Position numbers and translations under genes: made by a program | The notes under the pieces: model-generated | Seen by the model: only the letters and a program-made list of their open reading frames with translations | Databases searched by the model: none | Told to the model about the DNA's origin: nothing | DNA from: a candidate division FCPU426 bacterium | Lineage (GTDB): Bacteria; Oederibacteriota; Muellerivitia; Muellerivitales; Muellerivitaceae | Reading direction: 5' to 3' | NCBI GenBank assembly: GCA_963738405.1 | Contig: CAVTWJ010000018.1 | Location: 1-64,000 of the forward strand | DNA length: 64,000 bases | In this document: positions 22,026 to 31,605 of the stretch, one piece after another | Numbering within the stretch: position 1 is the stretch's first letter | Layout: every line of letters starts with the position of its first letter

Positions 22026-23054
22026 ATGAATGAGATTCTTCTATGTGAAAGCAAAAAGATGACCTATCAACCCCTTTCTGCCACCTTCTCAGCAACACAG
22101 GACAATATGCCAGAGGTAGAGAATTTTATTCATCGGCTTCTTGTTCCTGTGGATCCAGTAACCCCCTCAACCCTTTGCGAGGACGTCTATCATCTTTTTG
22201 CAAAGGACAAGTCGCTTCAATCGGTGGCTGTGGTTCAAAATAAAGAACCAGTTGGTCTGGTAAACCGGTTTTATTTAATTGACCGATTCTCTCGAAGATT
22301 TTTTAGGGAACTTTATGAGCGCAAACCCATCTCCAAAATCATGGAATCCTCTCCACTTCTTGTTGAAGCTTCGGTCAGCCTTGATGACCTCAGTTCCATT
22401 ATTGCGGATGAGGAAGAAAAATATCTTTATGAGGGTTTCATTATCACTTTAGGAGGGAAATACCTTGGCATTGGAACGGGCCATCGATTGATGAAGGAAA
22501 TTACGGCTCGAAAACAAGCGCAACTTTACCATTTGGCCCATCACGATACTTTAACCGGACTTCCAAACCGTCTTCTTTTTTATGATCGGCTTCGCCAAGC
22601 CATTCATAACGCTCAGCGCAGTAATTTACATTTGGCGGTTCTATTCATCGACTTGGATTACTTCAAACATGTGAATGATACGCTTGGGCATCCAACCGGC
22701 GACACCTTGCTTCAACTCATCGCTCAAAGATTAGAAAACAGTTTACGGGAAGGAGATACCGTAGCCCGCCAAGGAGGGGATGAATTCACCATTATCTTGA
22801 CCCACGTGGCAAAGCAAACAGACGTTGAAATAGTTTCTCAAAAAATTCTTGAATCCATTTCAATGCCTCTAACCCTTGCAGGTCAGGAACTAAAAATTAC
22901 CTGTAGTATTGGATCAAGCTTTTTTCCAACCGACGGGGCCCTTATGAATATCCTGATTCAAAAAGCCGATACAGCGGTGTATCACGCAAAACAGCTAAGA
23001 AATACTTTTAGGGCTTACCATTCGACCATGAAAGCTCATCACCTAGGCGATTAG
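22026..23054 (+). CDS. CBS-domain diguanylate cyclase
   Basis: N-terminal CBS-like pair; HDTLTGLPNR, RxxD I-site (REGD), intact GGDEF. Confidence 0.92.
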   Translation: MNEILLCESKKMTYQPLSATFSATQDNMPEVENFIHRLLVPVDPVTPSTLCEDVYHLFAKDKSLQSVAVVQNKEPVGLVNRFYLIDRFSRRFFRELYERKPISKIMESSPLLVEASVSLDDLSSIIADEEEKYLYEGFIITLGGKYLGIGTGHRLMKEITARKQAQLYHLAHHDTLTGLPNRLLFYDRLRQAIHNAQRSNLHLAVLFIDLDYFKHVNDTLGHPTGDTLLQLIAQRLENSLREGDTVARQGGDEFTIILTHVAKQTDVEIVSQKILESISMPLTLAGQELKITCSIGSSFFPTDGALMNILIQKADTAVYHAKQLRNTFRAYHSTMKAHHLGD

Positions 23055-23070
23055 TATACGCTTGTATTCT

Positions 23071-24435
23071 TTATTTTCCGATACAAAATTTATTAAAAAT
23101 TTCCTCAAAAGCTGAAGCCGATAGATTCCGGCCACGAATCCGTCCCAATGATAAAAGGGCTTCCCGGAGTTCTTCCGCCCAAAGCTCGGATGAGGTTTTA
23201 GATTGAATCAATTGTTGAAGACGTTCAAGACAATCGTTGGCCTTTTCTAATTCTAAAAAATGTCGCTGTTGAGTTACAAGAATGTTTTCTCCTATAAGAG
23301 GTTTTTCGAGAATGGATTCTAAAGACAGCATTAACAAATCTAAACCTTCTTTTGTTAAACAAGAAATTCCAATCTGCTTAAACTGATCCAATGATTTATT
23401 TTTAGAAATGATCCCCTGAATAAGATCAATTTTGTTGAAAAGTACCCAGGTTCGATCTTTGGGAAGTTTTGATTGTTGCAAGGCTTGTAAAGATTCATGT
23501 GGCGCAGTTGCATCAACTAACCAAAACAATAGATCCGCTTCATCTAACAAAACTCGGCTTCTGCGGATTCCTTCAACTTCTATTGGCTGGACCGTTTCTC
23601 GCAAACCAGCTGTATCAAATAAGCGTACTTTAATCCCCTTTATCCACAACTCACCTTCTATGACATCCCTGGTCGTTCCAGGTTCAGAAGTTACAATGGC
23701 CCTTTGGCTTCCCAACAAAACATTTAATAGACTCGATTTGCCAGTGTTTGGAGGCCCCACGAGAGCCACGACCAAACCATCCCTCAATACCTTTCCTTGT
23801 TCATAACTTTGAATCAACTTTATTAACATTTCAGAAGCTTCATGAACGTTAATCAAAAATTTGTCCACATTTAATGGCTCTATTCCATCTTCGGAAAATT
23901 CTAGTCTTGCCTCTATTTTGAGATAAAGAGATTTAAGAATCTCCTCCGCCGGTTCCAAATGAACCGCTAATCCGCCCGTTAGTTGACGGATAGCCTGCCT
24001 TCGGGAAGATTCTCCTTGAGAAGATACAAGGGCTTCCACGGCTTCCGCTTGGGTTAAATCCAGCCGTCCATTCACAAAAGCCCGATAGGTGAATTCACCT
24101 GGAAAAGCGGTCCTTATTCCAAGTTTGATCAATAAGTTCAAAAGTGTTTGTAGAAGAGAAGGGCTCCCATGGACATGAAACTCCACAACGTCCTCAGCGG
24201 TATAACTTTGGGGCCTGGGCATAACTAACAGAAGTCCCTCATCAATCATTTCGTTTGAATCAGGATCATGAAACCGCCCCAACAAAACTTGACGCTTCGA
24301 TTCGATTTTTCCTTTTGCTTTGAAAAGACTGTTGGCCACGGATAGGGCTTTGGGACCGGATACGCGTATAATACCGATTCCGCCTATGCCAGGAGGCGTA
24401 GCAACTGCGGCAATGGTATCTTCAAGTTCATACAT
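23071..24435 (-). CDS. mnmE: tRNA modification GTPase MnmE (TrmE)
   Basis: DTIAAVATPPG, GPPNTGKSS, GTTRD, DTAG, FCIGK C-terminus. Confidence 0.99.
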   Translation of the reverse strand: MYELEDTIAAVATPPGIGGIGIIRVSGPKALSVANSLFKAKGKIESKRQVLLGRFHDPDSNEMIDEGLLLVMPRPQSYTAEDVVEFHVHGSPSLLQTLLNLLIKLGIRTAFPGEFTYRAFVNGRLDLTQAEAVEALVSSQGESSRRQAIRQLTGGLAVHLEPAEEILKSLYLKIEARLEFSEDGIEPLNVDKFLINVHEASEMLIKLIQSYEQGKVLRDGLVVALVGPPNTGKSSLLNVLLGSQRAIVTSEPGTTRDVIEGELWIKGIKVRLFDTAGLRETVQPIEVEGIRRSRVLLDEADLLFWLVDATAPHESLQALQQSKLPKDRTWVLFNKIDLIQGIISKNKSLDQFKQIGISCLTKEGLDLLMLSLESILEKPLIGENILVTQQRHFLELEKANDCLERLQQLIQSKTSSELWAEELREALLSLGRIRGRNLSASAFEEIFNKFCIGK

Positions 24436-24479
24436 ATAATTTCACTTTCACATCCATCTTTCCACCAACTCCAAAATGC

Positions 24480-24515
24480 AAAAAAAAAGCCCTTCCCCGG
24501 CCAGGGGAAGGGCTT
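24480..24515 (-). terminator. Intrinsic terminator after jag
   Basis: GCCCTTCCCC/GGGGAAGGGC stem plus T9 on the minus strand. Confidence 0.8.
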
Positions 24516-24529
24516 CCAGGGTATTCCGA

Positions 24530-25588
24530 CTAAGCCTTATTTCCAATATTATCGTCCAATTCCAGTTCTGGAATAACCGTATTACCCGGCTCAGGTTGGC
24601 TGGAAATAAAAGGTTGTTTTTCTTCCTCCTCATGCGTCAAAGGAGTTTCAGTCAATGCCGGATCCGAAGTCGGTTCGTGAACCGTTTCCTTTACTTCTGG
24701 ATTTGGTTGGGCTTTAACCTTCGGCACAATCACAACTTTCCGCCGAAGACCCTCCCCGCGGCTCTCGGTTGTTACGTGTTCATGATCTTTCAAGGCTAAA
24801 TGCACTACCCGGCGGTCCTTGGAGCTCATGGGCCTCAAAGGAACCTCAACCCCTGTTTCTTTAGCTTTTTGGGCAAGATTCAACGCCATCTCTCGCAATT
24901 TTTCTTTTTGCCGCTCCAGATAACTTTCCACGTCCACGATGACCAAAGTCCTTTCATCTCCTGTCAACCTCTGAACCATTTTATTGACCAGATATTGCAA
25001 AGCCTCAAGGGTATGTCCATGGCGGCCAATGAGAGTTCCGCCTGATGGTCCGATGATATTCAGCACCGTGTTTCCATCGGAATCTTTCAAAACCTTGACC
25101 GTATCAGGCAGGTCCATGCCTTTAAGCAAATGGGTCAATGACGCATCCGCATAAGAGGGTATGGCGGAAGCTTTTAAAGCTATCTTGATTTTGGCGGGTT
25201 TAGAACCAATCCCTAAGAACCCTTTTGCACCTTCATCCACGGTTTCCGATTTGAAATCAGAAATATTCACACCAAAACGCTTGGAAGCCTCTTGAAGAGC
25301 CACTTCCGTTGATTTTCCCTCCACCTCAAGCCAAGCCCCATAGGGTCTATGAGAAGCACTACGATCACCTTGAAAAGCGGGCCTTTCAACGCGGTTGGGC
25401 CGAGAGGAGCCATAGGGCGGACGGGGGCCTTGATGACGGGGAGGACCGCCTTGAGGCCTTCGATCGGGCCGATTGGGGTTCCGGTCCGACCGAGGATAGG
25501 GTTTGCGATTATCTCGAGGAGGAGCACCGCTGGGGCTGGGGCGAGAATTTCCCGGTTTTCCAGATTGTTGGTTTGAATAATTTCTCAT
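24530..25588 (-). CDS. jag: Jag/EloR/KhpB RNA-binding protein (Jag_N, KH, R3H)
   Basis: KGFLGIGSKPAKI, LIGRHGHTLEALQYL, RRVVH; follows yidC. Confidence 0.95.
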   Translation of the reverse strand: MRNYSNQQSGKPGNSRPSPSGAPPRDNRKPYPRSDRNPNRPDRRPQGGPPRHQGPRPPYGSSRPNRVERPAFQGDRSASHRPYGAWLEVEGKSTEVALQEASKRFGVNISDFKSETVDEGAKGFLGIGSKPAKIKIALKASAIPSYADASLTHLLKGMDLPDTVKVLKDSDGNTVLNIIGPSGGTLIGRHGHTLEALQYLVNKMVQRLTGDERTLVIVDVESYLERQKEKLREMALNLAQKAKETGVEVPLRPMSSKDRRVVHLALKDHEHVTTESRGEGLRRKVVIVPKVKAQPNPEVKETVHEPTSDPALTETPLTHEEEEKQPFISSQPEPGNTVIPELELDDNIGNKA

Positions 25589-25592
25589 TGTC

Positions 25593-27317
25593 TCAAGCCT
25601 CTACTTTCTTCCTGGCATTTTTAATTTCCCGGTTCACAATCTTTTGTTGGACGATTGAAAGCACATTAGTAATCATCCAATACAACAAGAGTCCCGAGGG
25701 CCATTGCAAGGAAATGATGGTCAGGAACACCGGAAAAAACCACATCATAAATTTTTGTTGGCCAGTCGCCATGTTGGAGGCCTGGCCAGAAACCTTCTGC
25801 TGAACAATCATGGACACGCCCATCAGAAGGGGAAACACGTGCGACTTATCCATAAGCGTCAAATCGGAAAGCCAAAGAAAGTTGGCTCCCCGGAGCTCAA
25901 TGCAATGGCCCAAAGTTGCGTAGAGAGCAAAGAAAACGGGCATTTGGAAGAAAAGGGGCAGGCATCCCCCTAATGGGTTGATGCCCGCCTGCTGATAAAG
26001 CTTCATCGTTTCTTCCTGTTGTTTCTGTTTATCATCCGGGTATTTGCGTTTTAAAGCTTCCAGTTTGGGCTGGATTTCCTTCATTTTTTGTTGGGTGAGA
26101 TACATATTTTTGTAACTTGAATGGGTCGGAAACCAAAGCAATAACTTGATGGAAACTGATAGCAATAAAATAGCCAGACCCCAATTGTGGGAAAAGGCGA
26201 AAAACCATTTCAAGAGTGAAAGCATGTAGACGCTGATAAATCCGAACATACCAAAATCCACCACATTCTCTAATTGCAAATGCAAGTTCTTAAGAAGGGA
26301 GTAATCCTGAGGCCCGATAAAAACCTCCCCTTTACGTGTAAAGGCTTGACCCCTTTGAAGTGCTTGACCCGGGAATAAGAGCACTGGCCTGGGATTAAAA
26401 GAATTAAGGTCGAGGCCTGGATTAGGGTTTTCTTCCGTCGGCGTCTTTAAAGGATGTGTATCACGAACCACTCTGACCGAAGCACCTCCAGTAGTTGGGT
26501 CAGGAATCAAGGCAGCCACAAAAAATTGATTGGCCAATGCGGTCCAAGATATAGGAGAAGGAATTTCAGTACTTTCTTGGCTTTTTTTGAGGGTTTCAGA
26601 ACTAACATGATCGCCAGCCAAAGTCGCCACCCGATAGCCTCGAACCCTTGATTGGGTGCCTGTGATTTCTTCAAGCCCTAAAGTATCGGCCCATTGAACA
26701 GCCAAGGGGGAAGCGGCCAAGGAAGACCGGCCCAGTTGAGAAACTGAAACCTCAAAATCAATCAAATAACTTCCGTTTTTGAAATGAAAGGTTTTAGTAA
26801 GTTGGGTGCCGCCTTCATTGACTGTCGTGAAAGAAAGGCTTGTGATATCTCCCGGTTTAAGAAGCTTTGAAGAGGATAATCCATCCACCTTATAAATTCT
26901 TTGGTCAGCATCCGGAACAGCGGCATAGTCAATTTGAAAAGGCTTGGTTCTTCCTGTTTCTGCATCCACCAACTGAATGGGTTTTTGGGTCTGACGATTA
27001 GGGTATTTTTTTAGGGCAAAACCCGTTAATAAAGCACCCTGGTTGGAAAAAGTGGCTATGTATTCATCAGTTTCCACGGTGAAGGTCGCAACTGCAACCG
27101 GCAGCATTTTCGTTGGGGCTGATAGCTTGACTGATTCGGTTGTGGAATTCAAAGAGGCTGTTGGTAGGGATTGTCCGCCAGGAGTTGAGAATATCCCTGG
27201 GGTTGCGGAGGCTTGTGGAACCTGCGGGGGTAGAGGAGCGGGCATAAAATAGGTCGATGCGAATAAAATGAGCATCGACAGAATTAAGAACAAAACTAAA
27301 CGGCCTTGATTTTCCAA
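25593..27317 (-). CDS. yidC: Membrane protein insertase YidC
   Basis: Large periplasmic domain, NWGLAI, NPLGGCLP, FLWLSDL. Confidence 0.98.
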   Translation of the reverse strand: MENQGRLVLFLILSMLILFASTYFMPAPLPPQVPQASATPGIFSTPGGQSLPTASLNSTTESVKLSAPTKMLPVAVATFTVETDEYIATFSNQGALLTGFALKKYPNRQTQKPIQLVDAETGRTKPFQIDYAAVPDADQRIYKVDGLSSSKLLKPGDITSLSFTTVNEGGTQLTKTFHFKNGSYLIDFEVSVSQLGRSSLAASPLAVQWADTLGLEEITGTQSRVRGYRVATLAGDHVSSETLKKSQESTEIPSPISWTALANQFFVAALIPDPTTGGASVRVVRDTHPLKTPTEENPNPGLDLNSFNPRPVLLFPGQALQRGQAFTRKGEVFIGPQDYSLLKNLHLQLENVVDFGMFGFISVYMLSLLKWFFAFSHNWGLAILLLSVSIKLLLWFPTHSSYKNMYLTQQKMKEIQPKLEALKRKYPDDKQKQQEETMKLYQQAGINPLGGCLPLFFQMPVFFALYATLGHCIELRGANFLWLSDLTLMDKSHVFPLLMGVSMIVQQKVSGQASNMATGQQKFMMWFFPVFLTIISLQWPSGLLLYWMITNVLSIVQQKIVNREIKNARKKVEA

Positions 27318-27336
27318 AGATTACCCCCGGTTTTTA

Positions 27337-27564
27337 TTAAGCTACCGGGTGGAATCCTCCGGACGAGGCGGGATGGCAACGGCTCAAACGCTTAAGACCC
27401 ATTCCTAAGCCCTTTAGAACACCAAAACGTTCGATGGCTTGACGGGTATATTCGGAGCAAGTGGGCGTAAAACGACATGAAGGGGGAAGATAAGGCGATA
27501 GGATCATCTGATACCCCTTGATGGAAAGTAAAAGCCCTTGCTTCAAAAGTTTGTCCATTTTCAA
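27337..27564 (-). CDS. yidD: Membrane protein insertion efficiency factor
   Basis: CRFTPTCSEY...RCHP...GG. Confidence 0.96.
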   Translation of the reverse strand: MKMDKLLKQGLLLSIKGYQMILSPYLPPSCRFTPTCSEYTRQAIERFGVLKGLGMGLKRLSRCHPASSGGFHPVA

Positions 27565-27574
27565 TGTCCCTGAT

Positions 27575-27931
27575 TCATCTCATCCGGGGGAGTAATCCGG
27601 CTCTTAACGAGAGTTCGAGAAAGGAATGCTTTAACTCTTCGTAGGCCCGATCCGCGCTTCCCCGCCGGGGTATCAGAATGACCTGGTAACCCCCGCGAAA
27701 ACGCTCTTTTTCCACCCTATAAATTTCGCGAAGACGCCGCTTGAGAAGATTGCGCTGGTGGGCCTTACCGATGGCCCTGCCCAACGAAACACCAAATTTC
27801 CGTAGTTTGGGGTCTTCGCTGAATTGCACATAAAACATAAAATTCCGGTCTTCCAATTTTCGGCATTGCTGGAAAACCGCTTTGAACTCTCTAGAGCTTT
27901 TCAGCCGCTCTGATTTTTCAAACCGCGGCAT
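27575..27931 (-). CDS. rnpA: Ribonuclease P protein component
   Basis: ERLKSSREF, GKAHQRNLLKRRLRE. Confidence 0.96.
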   Translation of the reverse strand: MPRFEKSERLKSSREFKAVFQQCRKLEDRNFMFYVQFSEDPKLRKFGVSLGRAIGKAHQRNLLKRRLREIYRVEKERFRGGYQVILIPRRGSADRAYEELKHSFLELSLRAGLLPRMR

Positions 27932-27952
27932 GAAGAACCTTCAACAGGCGGC

Positions 27953-28090
27953 TTATTGAACGCTAACCCGAAGCCGACCCTTTTTACGACGTGAACTTAA
28001 AACCCTGCGACCTCCCACCGTTTTCATTCGGCTTCGAAAACCGTGGACCTTCTGTCTTTTTCGTTTGTTTGGTTGAAAAGTTCTCTTCAT
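27953..28090 (-). CDS. rpmH: 50S ribosomal protein L34 (45 aa; below the ORF-track cutoff)
   Basis: Translated by hand: [45 protein letters not shown]. Confidence 0.98.
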   Translation of the reverse strand: MKRTFQPNKRKRQKVHGFRSRMKTVGGRRVLSSRRKKGRLRVSVQ

Positions 28091-28312
28091 TTAGTATTTC
28101 TTTCCTTTTTTAAATAATCGTAAAGGTTTAGACCTACCCAAGACACGCACAAAGATAAAGATGGAGGTCTACCTGTAGCTTTAAATCAAAGCCGGGAAAA
28201 GTGAGATATATTATCTTAGGCTCCTCAAACCCGTCAATGGAACGCTTGTTTTGTACCTTTCTCTATCTTGTGTTCCTAATAGATGAATCTACTGCCGGTG
28301 GTAAATGAAATC

Positions 28313-28852
28313 ATGACATCTAAAATTCAACTCATTCTTGGCGGAATGCGCTCGGGTAAATCACGATATGCTCTGACTCAGGGGGACGAACATTTTTACG
28401 CGTCCAAAACATTCCTGGCGACCGCGACGCCGTTGGACTTGGAGATGAAAACCCGCATAGCCCGCCACCAAATGGAAAGGGGCTCCGAATGGACCACCCT
28501 CGAGGAACCCTATTACCTTCTAAAAACTCTAAAAGAACAAATGACTCAATCTCAAAGATTGGTGGTATTGGATTGTTCAACCTTGTGGATTTCAAATCTT
28601 CTTTGTGGAATCGGGGGGCCGACGCTTTCATACTCCAAGACCCAAACGGAGATTGAAAATCTGATGGATACAGTACCGAGTCTTCAAGGGGCTTTGAGAA
28701 TAGTTTCCAATGAGGTGGGGCTTGGAATTATTTCCGATAACGAATTAAGCCGCCAATTTTGCGATTTACAAGGACGGTTCAATCAAGCGGCCGCAAAAAT
28801 AGCTCAACAAGTTATCTTCATGACCGCAGGAATTCCTCTAAAAATTAAATAG
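28313..28852 (+). CDS. cobU: Adenosylcobinamide kinase/guanylyltransferase
   Basis: GGMRSGKS, EMKTRIARHQ..R, VSNEVGLG; alternative start 28283. Confidence 0.95.
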   Translation: MTSKIQLILGGMRSGKSRYALTQGDEHFYASKTFLATATPLDLEMKTRIARHQMERGSEWTTLEEPYYLLKTLKEQMTQSQRLVVLDCSTLWISNLLCGIGGPTLSYSKTQTEIENLMDTVPSLQGALRIVSNEVGLGIISDNELSRQFCDLQGRFNQAAAKIAQQVIFMTAGIPLKIK

Positions 28853-28935
28853 ACCCATTTTGTTCTTTTGTCCTTCATTCTCTTTTCATGCCTGTGGTAA
28901 AACGGAACGGTAGATTCACTTCAAAAGGGGAAATC

Positions 28936-30042
28936 ATGAACTTGCCCAAGAACCTTCTTTCCATCGCGCCTCTAAATCAAAAGGCGATCCGATTGGCTGA
29001 AAAGAGACAGTCACAATTGACGAAACCCGCCGGAAGCCTGGGCCGGCTGGAAGAAATCGCCATAAAAGTTGCTGGTATTCAAGGACTTGAAATTCCACGG
29101 CTTGGCAAAAAAAGAATCATACTTTGCGCCGCAGACCATGGGGTCGCTTCAGAAGGCGTTTCTGCTTTTCCCTCCGCAGTCACCCCCATGATGGTATTGA
29201 ACTTCCTGAAAGGTGGGGCTGCCATCAACGCCCTGGCGAAGCAAGCCGGCGCGGAGGTCCAAGTGGTGGATGCGGGGGTCGCAAGTGAACTTCCAAAATC
29301 TAAGGGGCTCCTTTCCCACAAGATCGCCCTGGGAACTAAAAATTTTAAAGTCGAACCTGCGATGACCGAAAGCCAATGCACACAGGCCATTCAGCTCGGC
29401 TTAAAGCTTTCGCAACAGGCGAAGAAAGACAAGATTCATTGGGTCGTTTTGGGCGAGATGGGCATTGGCAACACCACTTCCGCTGCGGCCCTCATGGCGG
29501 CATTGCTTCCTTGCGCCGTAGAAGATGTCACTGGATTTGGCACCGGCATCGACCGTACTCAGTGGCTGATAAAATGCCGTGTCATTCAAGAAGGTTTACA
29601 ACGGCATCAAGCGGAAGCTTCTAAACCCTTGGAAGCCTTGCGTTGCTTAGGCGGGCTTGAAATCGCGGCCCTCACCGGCGTCGTTCTTGGGTGTGCCAAA
29701 AATCGGATTCCGGTGGTGGTAGATGGATTTATTACCTCCGCCGCTTTTTTGGTAGCCTACCGGTTGAATCCAAGGGTTTTGGATTTCGCTTTTTTCTCTC
29801 ACCGATCTGAAGAACCAGGCCATTCAAAATTTTTGGACATGCTGGGAGAAAAACCTCTTTTAAATTTGAAGATGCGTCTGGGTGAGGGAACAGGTGGGGC
29901 TTTAGCCTTGAATATTCTCGAATCAGCCTTAAGAACCCATGCCGAAATGGCCACTTTTGAAGCCGCCAAGGTGCCAACCAAAATCAAAAAGAGAAAAGAT
30001 CCTCTTTCCCAAACCGCCCGAAGGAAAAAATCAAAGGATTAA
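28936..30042 (+). CDS. cobT: Nicotinate-nucleotide-DMB phosphoribosyltransferase
   Basis: LTKPAGSLGRLE, GEMGIGNTT, MRLGEGTG. Confidence 0.98.
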   Translation: MNLPKNLLSIAPLNQKAIRLAEKRQSQLTKPAGSLGRLEEIAIKVAGIQGLEIPRLGKKRIILCAADHGVASEGVSAFPSAVTPMMVLNFLKGGAAINALAKQAGAEVQVVDAGVASELPKSKGLLSHKIALGTKNFKVEPAMTESQCTQAIQLGLKLSQQAKKDKIHWVVLGEMGIGNTTSAAALMAALLPCAVEDVTGFGTGIDRTQWLIKCRVIQEGLQRHQAEASKPLEALRCLGGLEIAALTGVVLGCAKNRIPVVVDGFITSAAFLVAYRLNPRVLDFAFFSHRSEEPGHSKFLDMLGEKPLLNLKMRLGEGTGGALALNILESALRTHAEMATFEAAKVPTKIKKRKDPLSQTARRKKSKD

Positions 30043-30085
30043 CCCATTTCTTGACGTTTAGGGTTTGAAAGCAGGCAACAGAATA

Positions 30086-30811
30086 ATGAAAGCCTTTTGG
30101 ATCGCCCTCACCACCCTTTCCTGCTTTCCCTCCCCCCTCCTAAAATTACAGAAATCCGATTTTAAAAACTCACCCGCTTATTACCCCTTGATTGGCGGAA
30201 TTCTGGGGTCCCTTCTTGGTTTGGTTATATTGCTCCCATTATCGCAATCGCTTCAAACTCTCCTGATTTTGCTGCTTTGGGTGGTAATAACTCTTGGTTT
30301 CCATTTGGACGGCTTGGCCGATTGCCTAGACGGCTGGCTTGGCGGTAAAAACCCTTCCGACCGACGACGGATCATGAAAGGTTCCACTCTCGGGTCTTAT
30401 GGTGTCACCGGCATCACTTTAGCTCTGCTATCCAAATTCGTTTTGGTAAATCACCTTCTACTTCAACCCGATTCCTGGAAGTGGCTTGTTTCCATTCCCA
30501 CAGCCGCACGTTTCGGGGCGGCCTTTTCTTGCCGATTTGCTTCCTCGCCCAAAGGGGTTAATGGTATAGGAAAAAAGGTGTTGGGAACTTCCAATACCGC
30601 ATTGTTTGTATCGCTGGTTATCTCTCTTATGATTCTTGTTTCTTATCTTCAGTGGAATGCTTTTTTGCTTTTGGGAGTAAGTCTTTTAACCTCAATCCTA
30701 ATCCAAGCCATTTCCAAAAATAAAATCGGAGGACTTACGGGGGATGGATTGGGAGCTACTATCGAGGTAGCAGAAATTCTTGGGCTATGGGTTTCCAACC
30801 TTCATTTTTAA
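30086..30811 (+). CDS. cobS: Cobalamin synthase
   Basis: FHLDGLADCLDG, GGLTGDGLGA. Confidence 0.95.
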   Translation: MKAFWIALTTLSCFPSPLLKLQKSDFKNSPAYYPLIGGILGSLLGLVILLPLSQSLQTLLILLLWVVITLGFHLDGLADCLDGWLGGKNPSDRRRIMKGSTLGSYGVTGITLALLSKFVLVNHLLLQPDSWKWLVSIPTAARFGAAFSCRFASSPKGVNGIGKKVLGTSNTALFVSLVISLMILVSYLQWNAFLLLGVSLLTSILIQAISKNKIGGLTGDGLGATIEVAEILGLWVSNLHF

Positions 30812-30827
30812 ATACAGGTGCTGAATT

Positions 30828-31568
30828 TTGAAAACTCCCGCTATCCTCCTTATCACTCATGGAAGCCGGGAATCCTCTGCCAATCGTCGATTTCATTACT
30901 TGGCGCGCCGATACGCCCAATACCACCCAACCTGGATCATCCGGTCAGCCTTCTTAGAAAATGGAAAACCTTCCATCTTTGAGGGGTTGGAAAATCTTTC
31001 CTTTCGAGCCAATGAAATCGACATTCTTCCACTTTTTCTTTTTTCGGCAAACCACTTGAAGAGGGATATCCCTGAAATTCTGGATCAGTTCCGATCTCGT
31101 CATCCCAAAGTCATTTTATGTCTCGCCAAAGAGCTTGGGCCAGATCCGGTGCTGACTCAAATCGCACTTCAAAGAATAAAGCCGCAATTAAAACATCCTG
31201 GTTCAAGCCTTGTTTTGATATTAGGACGCGGCACTAGGGATCCGGAAGCCTTGGAGGATTTCCAAAAACAAATAGAAAATTTTTCAAAGCTTCGACGCTT
31301 CAAAAAGGTATTGCCTTGTTTCTTCGAAGCCGCTCAACCGTCGTTGAAAAAAAGTCTCGAAGAAGCCTGCCGTTACGACCCTAAAAGGATCGTGGTGCTT
31401 CCTTATCTTTTGTTCAATGGTTCGTGGAGAGGTGAAGTGAAAAGAAAATTAGACAATTTTCGTTATCAACATCCCGCCGTTGATATATGGCTGGCCCCTC
31501 CTTTGGGGTTTCATCCAAGTCTTATGAAACTTTTAGATGAAAGATGGCAGGCCATTCCCCGAAGATAG
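30828..31568 (+). CDS. cbiX: Sirohydrochlorin chelatase, CbiX/SirB family
   Basis: HGSR, AFLE..PS, PLFLFSANHLKRDIP, duplicated domain. Confidence 0.85.
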   Translation: MKTPAILLITHGSRESSANRRFHYLARRYAQYHPTWIIRSAFLENGKPSIFEGLENLSFRANEIDILPLFLFSANHLKRDIPEILDQFRSRHPKVILCLAKELGPDPVLTQIALQRIKPQLKHPGSSLVLILGRGTRDPEALEDFQKQIENFSKLRRFKKVLPCFFEAAQPSLKKSLEEACRYDPKRIVVLPYLLFNGSWRGEVKRKLDNFRYQHPAVDIWLAPPLGFHPSLMKLLDERWQAIPRR

Positions 31569-31605
31569 GCGGTACCCCATCGAGCCGCCTATCCTGGTCT
31601 TGTTT

